From an uncultured Acidobacteriota bacterium (GTDB lineage: Bacteria; Acidobacteriota; Thermoanaerobaculia; UBA5066; DATFVB01), in assembly GCA_963813155.1 (NCBI GenBank), contig CAWEYG010000002.1:448001-512000 (forward strand): a stretch of 64,000 bases of DNA, in the 5' to 3' direction. The notes under the pieces were generated by a model. The model did no database searches. It had not been told where the DNA came from and saw only the letters and a program-made list of their open reading frames with translations. The position numbers were made by a program, and so were the translations under genes. Shown here piece by piece: positions 56,749 to 64,000 of this stretch. Within the stretch, counting starts at the first letter, position 1, and each line of letters begins with the position of its first letter.

Positions 56749-57627
56749 TCACTTGATCTCGACTAAGTCTCCCAGCTGCATCGTGTGCGATCCGAAAATG
56801 ATTTGAACGGTCGCGGTATGATCGCCGACCGTCATCACCGCCGCCTCGCCGAGAACCGTCCGCGGCGGCTCGAGGTTCGCGCGATACGGGCGCAGCTCGC
56901 CGTTGGCCGCGATATCGAACTCGCGCGGAACGGCGAAGCGAAAGACCGTCAGAAAATCTCCGGGGTTCAATCCCGCGTCCGTCCCCATGTTGATGATGAC
57001 GTCGGCTCCGGTGAAGAGCCCCTCGACGCTGTCGCGGGAATAGATGATGGAGCCCACCCGCTTTCCGCTGGGGTCGTCGCAATTGTTGAGCAGCTTCGTG
57101 CGGCGCGCCAGGGGCACCGGAATCGGATCGAACGGTTTCACGAACGAGCCGATCGGGATGTCCGTGCACGCGAACACGATCTCGAGGATCGCGGTCTTGT
57201 CTTTGACGCAAAGGGCTTTCGCCCGACCGAGGTACTGGTAGAACCGCCCGAGGGACTGCCCGTTCGTGTCGTACACGGCGTCCATCGGGCTGACCAGCCA
57301 GTACTCGTCGCCGGCGCGGAGGGTTCCGTCGTTCTCGGAGTAGACGACGTCCTGGAACATGAAACTGCTCTGTTCGTAAACGGCGTCGCCGCTGATGATC
57401 ATGCCGTTGAACCGTTCGACAGGCTCTCCCACGTAGCCGAAGCAGTTGACGTCGTTCTCCGAGCCCATCGGCTGCGGCGCGTCGATGACGACCGGCCCCA
57501 CCGCCTCGGGAATCGCGGGCGGGTTCTGTTCCAGGGGATTCGGGGGAGCGGTCTGCGCCGAGAGCGCGGCCGCCGAGACCAGGATCAGAGAAAAGGCCGC
57601 CGTTTTCAGGAAATGTTGCCGACGCAT
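56749..57627 (-). CDS. Secreted hypothetical protein
   Basis: Signal peptide, beta-rich, with G..GL.PGD motifs; downstream of bamD. Confidence 0.75.
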   Translation of the reverse strand: MRRQHFLKTAAFSLILVSAAALSAQTAPPNPLEQNPPAIPEAVGPVVIDAPQPMGSENDVNCFGYVGEPVERFNGMIISGDAVYEQSSFMFQDVVYSENDGTLRAGDEYWLVSPMDAVYDTNGQSLGRFYQYLGRAKALCVKDKTAILEIVFACTDIPIGSFVKPFDPIPVPLARRTKLLNNCDDPSGKRVGSIIYSRDSVEGLFTGADVIINMGTDAGLNPGDFLTVFRFAVPREFDIAANGELRPYRANLEPPRTVLGEAAVMTVGDHTATVQIIFGSHTMQLGDLVEIK

Positions 57628-57664
57628 TTTTTCTCTCCTCAGGAAGTGACTCTGGGGAAAGAGT

Positions 57665-58447
57665 TTAACCGTTTTTCGCCTGCTTGTCAACGGGCACGAG
57701 CCGTTCTTTCGTCATTCGCACGGCCCACGGGCTCGTCGGATAGCCGTCCCGGAGCTTTCCGAAATAGGTCGCGGCCTCCGGACCGCGGCCGAGCTTTCGA
57801 AGGGCGAGGCCCGTGTGAAAGTAGAGCTTGTCCCGGTGGGAGTAGCCCGGGTAGTTCGCCTCGGTGTACTGAAAGCGCCCGAACGCCGCCGAGGGATCGC
57901 CCTTCCGAAGGTAGAAGAGTCCGACGTCGAACTCGTGCTCCGCGAGAAGGTCGGTCAGCGCATCGGTTCGGCCGCGGGCCTCGGCGGCATAGGGAGAATC
58001 CGGCGCCTCCTTCAGCAGGTTGCGATACTGGGCGAGCGCCTCGCGCGTGTTCGTCGGATCGCGGTCGATCAGTTCGTGCTCCTTGTCGTAGCAGAGCGCG
58101 TAGCGGTAGAGAACGAACGGCCGATTGTCGGCCGACGGGTAGCGGCTCAGGAAGTCGCGGTACCGGTATCGCGCTTCGACGTACTGCCCGCGGCCCCTTC
58201 GGAAATACGAATCGGCGACGAGCAGGAGCGCCTTCTGCCCGACCGCGTCGTTGGGATAGCTCTCGAAGACGAAGTTCAGGTACTTTCGCGCGTCGTCGAA
58301 CTTGCCTTTTTCGAGAAGCGCCTTTCCTTTGTCGAAGAGCGTTTCCTTCGGAAGCGAGAGGAGATCTTTCGTGATGCGGTCCGGCTTCTTCGTGGCCGAA
58401 CAGGCCAGGGAGATGGCGACGAACAAGAGCAGGCCGAGTTTTTTCAT
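57665..58447 (-). CDS. bamD: Outer membrane assembly lipoprotein BamD
   Basis: Lipobox SLAC, TPRs, RDPTNT and LAEHEFDVGLFY. Confidence 0.88.
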   Translation of the reverse strand: MKKLGLLLFVAISLACSATKKPDRITKDLLSLPKETLFDKGKALLEKGKFDDARKYLNFVFESYPNDAVGQKALLLVADSYFRRGRGQYVEARYRYRDFLSRYPSADNRPFVLYRYALCYDKEHELIDRDPTNTREALAQYRNLLKEAPDSPYAAEARGRTDALTDLLAEHEFDVGLFYLRKGDPSAAFGRFQYTEANYPGYSHRDKLYFHTGLALRKLGRGPEAATYFGKLRDGYPTSPWAVRMTKERLVPVDKQAKNG

Positions 58448-59106
58448 ACGGTCACGGTCTCCGCCCGCGCGCGCAAGGTCCGGATGGCCGACGCGGGATC
58501 CGGCTGTCCGTAGACGGAAGTCCCGGCGACGAGGATGTCGGCTCCCGCTTCCCGGCAGCGCCCGATGTTTTCGAGAGCGACTCCGCCGTCGAGCTCGATC
58601 GGAAGGCGATGTCGGCCGAGAAGGGTCCTCACGGCACGGATTTTGTCATAACTCGACTCGATGAACTTCTGGCCTCCCGCGCCCGGGTTGACGGACATGA
58701 CCAGGACGTGGTCCATCTGCCCCGCGACGGCGTCCAGCCACGCGGCCGGTGTTCCGGGGTTCAACGCCGCTCCGGCCGAGGCGCCGCCGGCCCGGATTCG
58801 GTCCAGGCAGCGGTGAAGGTGGGCGGTGGCTTCCACGTGCACCGACACGAACTGAACGCCGCAGAGATAGCGGTCGAGCGTTTCTTCCGGCCTTTCGATC
58901 ATGAGGTGGATGTCGAGCGGCAGGTCCGTCGCCCGGCGCAGGGCCTCGACCATCGGCGGCCCGAACGTGAGGGTGGGAACGAACCGCCCGTCCATCACGT
59001 CGACGTGGACGAGGTCCGCTCCTCCCTCGCGCGCGGCCGCGAGCGCGTCGGCGAGCCGCGCGAAGTCCGCCGCGAGCAGCGAAGGGGCGATGCGGACGGG
59101 GTTCAC
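58444..59106 (-). CDS. rpe: Ribulose-phosphate 3-epimerase
   Basis: IAPSLLAADF, HVDVMDG, DIHLMI, MSVNPG and DGG. Confidence 0.95.
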   Translation of the reverse strand: MNPVRIAPSLLAADFARLADALAAAREGGADLVHVDVMDGRFVPTLTFGPPMVEALRRATDLPLDIHLMIERPEETLDRYLCGVQFVSVHVEATAHLHRCLDRIRAGGASAGAALNPGTPAAWLDAVAGQMDHVLVMSVNPGAGGQKFIESSYDKIRAVRTLLGRHRLPIELDGGVALENIGRCREAGADILVAGTSVYGQPDPASAIRTLRARAETVTV

Positions 59107-59834
59107 ATGGCCTCCGTTCCGGCGGCGGTGAACGTGATGGGATCCTGCGGCGAGCACGGATATCCGGCGGGCGGGTATTGCTTCAGAATCGTGTTCGCGG
59201 GCAGGCCGTCGTACACCTCGTACCGCGTCGCGCCGACCTTGAACCCGAATCGCGTCAGGCGCTCCTTCTCGTGCTCGGCGTCGCGGCCGATGAGATCGGG
59301 CATGACGAAGAGCCGTTCGACGACGCTGCGGTTGACGAGCACCGAAACGGGCGCGGCCTCCGACGCCGCGGTCTCCGCCGGCGGATACTGGGCCGAGATC
59401 CCGGGCGGCTGGGGCTCGCGGTCGATCGACACGAGGCCGAGCCGCAGGGACACGCGCGTGAGCGAGAGCGCGGCCGCGCGGGACGAAAGCCCGACCAGGT
59501 CGGGCACGAGAATCGATCGAGGTCCGAGGGAAAGCGCGACGCGAACCGTCTGTCCGGGCTTGACGAACGACCCCACGCCGGGACGCTGGAGCAGAATCGC
59601 GTGCGCGGGCACGCGGTCGTCGAAACGCTCCCGTCCTTTCTCGACCAGGAGCGAAAGGCCCGAGTCCCGCACGACTTTTTGGGCCTCTTCGACGCCCTTT
59701 CCGGTGAGGTTCGGGACGAGGATCGAGCGTCCGAGCACCGACCGCTGGAAGGACGCCCACCCGGACAGCGCGAACACGACGGCCAGGACGGCCCCGAAGA
59801 GAACTCGAAACACGACGCGCCGCACGCGCTTCAA
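59103..59834 (-). CDS. Membrane-anchored PASTA-domain protein
   Basis: TM helix followed by VPNLTG, VPDLVG and MPDLIG repeats. Start is approximate. Confidence 0.88.
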   Translation of the reverse strand: MKRVRRVVFRVLFGAVLAVVFALSGWASFQRSVLGRSILVPNLTGKGVEEAQKVVRDSGLSLLVEKGRERFDDRVPAHAILLQRPGVGSFVKPGQTVRVALSLGPRSILVPDLVGLSSRAAALSLTRVSLRLGLVSIDREPQPPGISAQYPPAETAASEAAPVSVLVNRSVVERLFVMPDLIGRDAEHEKERLTRFGFKVGATRYEVYDGLPANTILKQYPPAGYPCSPQDPITFTAAGTEAM

Positions 59835-59883
59835 GTTAACACGACTTGACACGAAATCGGGTACGGGCCAAACTGCCGATCCC

Positions 59884-60864
59884 ATGGAATCCCGCGCTCC
59901 GGAGGCGACCGCCGACTGGATGTCGGATCCTCGATTCAAGAAAGTCGATCTGCACTGTCATTCGATCTATTCGACTTTCAAATACTTTCGCATCGCGAAC
60001 ACGCGGGACTGCTACACCCAGCCCGAGGACGTTTACCGCACCGCGAAAGAGCGCGGCATGGACTACGTCACGTTCACCGATCACGACTCCATCGACGGCT
60101 GCAAGGCGTATCTGAACGATCACCCCGACTCCACCGACTTTTTCATGTCCGAGGAAGCCGAGACCTGGTTTCCGGACACCCGGCAGCGGATCCACGTCAA
60201 CATCTTCAACCTGACGGAGGCCCAGCACCGGGAAGTCTCGCGCCTGCGCGAAAACATCTACGACCTCGTGGCGTACCTCAAGAACGAAGAGCTCATTTTC
60301 TCGGCCAACCACATGTTCCAGAACTACCGGATGCGCAACTCGCCCCGGCGGTATTTCGAAGAGATGCTCTCGATGTTCGACATCTTCGAAGTCAAGAACG
60401 GCGCGATGACGACGCACCACAACCGCCTCGTCGACGACCTGATGAGCCTCGTGCGCGCCAAGGACGGCCGCGTCTCGCTGATTGCCGGCTCCGACGCGCA
60501 CACGCTCACTCCGCTCGCGCGCGTCTTCACGGTCGCGGAGTGCGATTCGCTTCCGGCGTTTCTCGACTCCGTCCGATCGGGGCAGTGCTACGTCTGGGGA
60601 GACGAAATCGGGTTTTCGAAGCTCATCACCGAGGTCTACTCCCAGGTCCTGCGGTACTACGGCAGCGTCTTCAACTTCTCGAACCCGGAATTCACGGCCG
60701 GCGCGAAGGCGAGGCATTTCGCCCTTGCGGCGATGGGCGCGCCGTTCTCCGCGGTCGGAGTTCCTTTCGCGATCACCTCGCTGAACTACCTCAAACAGAT
60801 CTTCGTCTCGCGGCGGATCGGAGAGGAGATCCGCCGGGACCTCGACAAATCGGAACCTTCCTGA
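59884..60864 (+). CDS. PHP-domain metallophosphoesterase
   Basis: DLHCHS, TDHD, ANH, EVKNG and GSDAH. Confidence 0.88.
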   Translation: MESRAPEATADWMSDPRFKKVDLHCHSIYSTFKYFRIANTRDCYTQPEDVYRTAKERGMDYVTFTDHDSIDGCKAYLNDHPDSTDFFMSEEAETWFPDTRQRIHVNIFNLTEAQHREVSRLRENIYDLVAYLKNEELIFSANHMFQNYRMRNSPRRYFEEMLSMFDIFEVKNGAMTTHHNRLVDDLMSLVRAKDGRVSLIAGSDAHTLTPLARVFTVAECDSLPAFLDSVRSGQCYVWGDEIGFSKLITEVYSQVLRYYGSVFNFSNPEFTAGAKARHFALAAMGAPFSAVGVPFAITSLNYLKQIFVSRRIGEEIRRDLDKSEPS

Positions 60865-60959
60865 GCGCCGTCCGGCGGCGAACTCGCCGCAGAGGCCCAC
60901 GACGGCCGGCACCCCACGTTCGTAGAATAGACGCAACCGGACGTTCGAAAGGAGCGATC

Positions 60960-63209
60960 TTGCGCCCCGATTCCCGGCCCGCCGCAGTCTGCGGCAGTCT
61001 TTTCGGCCTCGGAGTTGCGATCGTGCTCGCCCGCGGGATTCGGGGAGCGGCGACGGCGGAGCAGACCCCGGGATTCGCGCGAGCTCACGGCTTCTCCGCG
61101 CACGCGGACCTGGAGCGGTTTCTCCTTTTCGTCCTCCTCTCGATCGTGGGCGCGTGGCTTTCCCGAACCGCCTACGACAGGTTTGCTCGCGACTCGACCG
61201 CCCTCGCGCAGCGACTCGCGGACCCCGTGCCGTGGTTTGGCCTCCTGGCCGCCCCGATCATCGCTCTCCTCGGGATCGGTCTGATCTGGGTTCTCGCGAG
61301 TTCGGCGCTCGCGTCCGCTTCGCTCGCGATCCTGGCTCCCGTAGTGCGCTCCGAGGAACCCGATCGCGCCGTCGTCGTTCCCGCGATTTTCGCCCAGACT
61401 CTCGTGGCGTGGGCGTTTCTCGCGCGCCCCCTCCACCGTTACCCGATACCGTTCATGCCGATGGTGATCGGCCTCTTCGCTCTGTTCACCGTGTTCGTGA
61501 TCGTCGTCCTCAAGCGACAGATCGAGCTCCTGGCCGGATCGGTTCTTCTCCTCCCGGTCGCGCTCTGGAGAAACCGATCCGAAAGAGTCGAGGTCGTGGC
61601 CGCCCTATTCCTGCTCGTCGCGCCTTTTGCGTTGTCGGCTCTGCGGCGATTTCCGCTCGTCGCGGAAAACCTCGCGCGCGCCCTTCCCGTGATGCTCGCG
61701 ACATCCTTCGTCATTCTGGGGGCCGCGGCCTGCCTGCGATCCGCGCCGGTCGCAAACCTTTTCGAAGACGGGCACGAGTTGCTGCCCGCGTCGGAGTACC
61801 TCGCCGGCCGGGTTCCCTATCGCGACATCATTCCCGGGCACGGGTTGATTTCTGACGGCCTTCTCCAGGCCGCGGCGTTCCGCCTGTTCGGCGCTGACTA
61901 CCGGGGCATTTCCCGGGGAGGCCGTCTCGTCGGGGCATTCTTCTGGCCGCTCATCTTCGCGATGGGAACGGCAGCTACGGGAAAAATGGAGGTCGGCTTC
62001 TGGATCGAGGCGCTCTCTTTCCTTCTCTTCCCGCAATATCTGTTCTTGCGGGTCATGGCGTCCTTCGGAGTGCTCGCGGCCGCGTCGTTCGCCCGCCGGC
62101 GCCCGGCGGTGCGGGCATGGTTCGTCACGGGCGCCCTCGTTCCGCTCGCGCTTCTCTGGGCGGTCGACTTCGCGTTCTACTCGGGCGTGGCGGTCCTCGC
62201 CGCCGTCGCCGTTTCCGAAGGGCGGCGTTGGAAGAACCTCGCCTCCGTCGCCGCCGGATCGGGAATCGCAGCGACCGCAATCGGCCTGACGTTCGCCGCG
62301 TTCGGAATCGCGAAGGCGTTCTTCCAGACGACGTTCCTGTATCTTCCGAAGCTCGCTCCCGCGTACACGCTCGGGTTCCCGCCGCTCCCCGAGTCGATTT
62401 CTCAAATCTCGGTCCCCGATTCCCTGGCGGGTCTCGGAGACCCGCGCGCGTTCTACTTCTGGTGCCTGCTTCTCGCTGTCGTCGCCGTGGGGGTGATCGC
62501 TGCCCGGCCCGCCGCTCTCTCCGAGCGGGGCCGCGCGTTCGTTCCGTTTCTGGCGTGGTTTCTCGCGGCGACGCTCTCGGTGATCGAGCGCACCCATTTC
62601 GGCTACCCGATGTTCGTCGCGCCCGCTGCGATCGTCCTCGGCGCTCGCGCCCTCGCCGGCGATCGCGGGCAAACTCTCTTTCGCCGATTCCTCGCCGCGT
62701 CTCTGCTCGCCTGGGCCGTGCTCGTCTGCCGTCCGGAGGGCGAGCTCGCGGCCATCGAGTCGGGGCTCCAGGGCGCGGGGCTCTCACCCGAATACGTCTT
62801 TCCCGCCCTGCCCGAGCGCGTGAACGGCGCGGCGTTCCGAAAGGAAGATGCAAATGCCGTCGCCGCCGTTGGAGAGTTCATCCGCTCGCGCCTGCGGCCG
62901 GGCGAAACGTGGCTCGATTTCACGAGCACCTCCGCCTTCTATTCCTACTTCGACCGCCGGTGCCCGGTCCGGTATACCGAAGTGGCCTTCTTCGAGACTC
63001 CCGAGGCCGAGCGCGAAGTCATCCGCGCCGTCGAAGAGAACCCGAGGGTTCGCGCGGTCCTCGTGCATCTCGGACCCGGCGTGAATACCGGCGAGGCGAT
63101 CGACGGCATCCCGAACCGGGAACGCGCGCCTCTCGTCTGGAGCTACATCGAAGGGCATTTCCATCCGTCTTTCTCTTCCCCGGCGGCCGTTTTCTGGGAG
63201 CGGAATTGA
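60960..63209 (+). CDS. Polytopic membrane protein, GT-C glycosyltransferase-like
   Basis: Many TM helices, NLFEDG and GRVPYRDIIPGHG. Confidence 0.7.
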   Translation: MRPDSRPAAVCGSLFGLGVAIVLARGIRGAATAEQTPGFARAHGFSAHADLERFLLFVLLSIVGAWLSRTAYDRFARDSTALAQRLADPVPWFGLLAAPIIALLGIGLIWVLASSALASASLAILAPVVRSEEPDRAVVVPAIFAQTLVAWAFLARPLHRYPIPFMPMVIGLFALFTVFVIVVLKRQIELLAGSVLLLPVALWRNRSERVEVVAALFLLVAPFALSALRRFPLVAENLARALPVMLATSFVILGAAACLRSAPVANLFEDGHELLPASEYLAGRVPYRDIIPGHGLISDGLLQAAAFRLFGADYRGISRGGRLVGAFFWPLIFAMGTAATGKMEVGFWIEALSFLLFPQYLFLRVMASFGVLAAASFARRRPAVRAWFVTGALVPLALLWAVDFAFYSGVAVLAAVAVSEGRRWKNLASVAAGSGIAATAIGLTFAAFGIAKAFFQTTFLYLPKLAPAYTLGFPPLPESISQISVPDSLAGLGDPRAFYFWCLLLAVVAVGVIAARPAALSERGRAFVPFLAWFLAATLSVIERTHFGYPMFVAPAAIVLGARALAGDRGQTLFRRFLAASLLAWAVLVCRPEGELAAIESGLQGAGLSPEYVFPALPERVNGAAFRKEDANAVAAVGEFIRSRLRPGETWLDFTSTSAFYSYFDRRCPVRYTEVAFFETPEAEREVIRAVEENPRVRAVLVHLGPGVNTGEAIDGIPNRERAPLVWSYIEGHFHPSFSSPAAVFWERN

Positions 63210-63644
63210 GACGGCGCGAGTCCGCCGCGAACCTCGCCCTGTGGCTCGCGTTCGCGGCCTGCTTCGCCGCGATGCTCGTTCAGACCTTCCGATTCGCCCC
63301 CGCGACTTTCCAGCGGCCGAGGACCGTCGTTTCCAACGGCGACGCGAAATTCTTCGAGCCGCTCCTCGTTTTCCTCTCGGAAGCCTCCGAGGGGGTTCCC
63401 GAAGGCGCGACGCTTTTCCCTCGTTCCGCCGGACGGAGAGGACCGCGCCAACTGGTCGGCCTACTTTGTCGCGACGGGCCAGATGCCCAACCGCCGCGTG
63501 ATCCTGGCAAGTCGGTTCCTTCCGCCCGGATCGGGGGACGAAACGCCTCGATTCGTCGCGTGCCAGGGCGGGACGTTTTCCGATTCGCGATTCCGGCGGG
63601 TGCGGCGATTCCGCGACGGCGATCTGTACGAGGCCGTTCCTTGA
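63206..63644 (+). CDS. Small membrane-anchored protein with a probable frameshift at ~63417
   Basis: TTG overlaps the upstream stop and is followed by a TM helix. Plausible coding continues in a shifted frame (SLVPPDGEDRANWSAYF) to TGA 63644. Confidence 0.45.
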
Positions 63645-64000
63645 GCGGCGCCGTCTTTCTCCTCTCGTGGCTGGCCGTGCCTCTCTTCGCGGCGCCGCTT
63701 GCGCGACTCTGGCCGGGATCGGACGATTCGAGAGCCGGGCGATTCGCGTTTGCCTGCGGCGCGGGAGCCGTGCTTCTGACGCTCGTGATGCTGCTCCTGA
63801 CGTCGATCGGGGTGCGCTGGTCCGTCGCGGGAATTTCGATCACTCTGGGGATTCTCTCTTTGACCGTGTGGCTTGCGCGCCGAGCCCGGGAACCCAAACA
63901 GCACCGTGCCGCCGTTCGAACCGGGGCACCGAACCGCCGGATGATTGCCGCCCTGCTTGCCGCCGCCGCGGGGGTCATCCTGTTTTCCTACGCCGCAGCG
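63641..64000 (+). CDS. Membrane protein, partial (runs off the window)
   Basis: TTGA overlap start; hydrophobic MSGAVFLLSWLAVPLF..., open to the end of the window. Confidence 0.55.
   Translation, partial: MSGAVFLLSWLAVPLFAAPLARLWPGSDDSRAGRFAFACGAGAVLLTLVMLLLTSIGVRWSVAGISITLGILSLTVWLARRAREPKQHRAAVRTGAPNRRMIAALLAAAAGVILFSYAAA

Overview
GC-rich bacterial chromosomal window, probably from an Acidobacteriota genome. This is inferred from the gene families present: a MacB-type permease pair without an ATPase, an FG-GAP/ASPIC protein, an acidobacterial-type Tes homolog and many GT-C membrane proteins. Contents: kdsB; a dcw cluster (mraZ-rsmH-ftsL-ftsI-murE-murF-mraY-murD-ftsW-murG-murC-ftsQ-ftsA-ftsZ) with an MraZ-box promoter; a ~1 kb debris island truncating a DNA glycosylase; an efflux adaptor with two permeases; tRNA-Ser(CGA), tadA, HU and tRNA-Arg(ACG); a molybdate/sulfur module (arylsulfotransferase, modABC, short modE, sbp-cysT-cysA::USP, SorAB-like sulfite dehydrogenase); a B12 radical SAM gene and queD; a decayed integron-cassette patch; a tetraether-synthase (Tes/GDGT-MAS)-like radical SAM; and housekeeping genes (thiO-like oxidase, cyclophilin, amgK-like kinase, tatA, Fis-like regulator, bamD, rpe, PASTA protein, PHP protein). 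Most notable: (i) three families of hairpin elements that share tandem GA/GA mismatches, one of which has a 90-bp copy inserted in-frame in a radical SAM gene; (ii) the Tes homolog; (iii) the CysA-USP fusion in the Mo/S module; (iv) an integrase-less gene cassette. Several single-base frameshifts in conserved genes look like long-read assembly errors. Family assignments come from motif recognition, not database searches.
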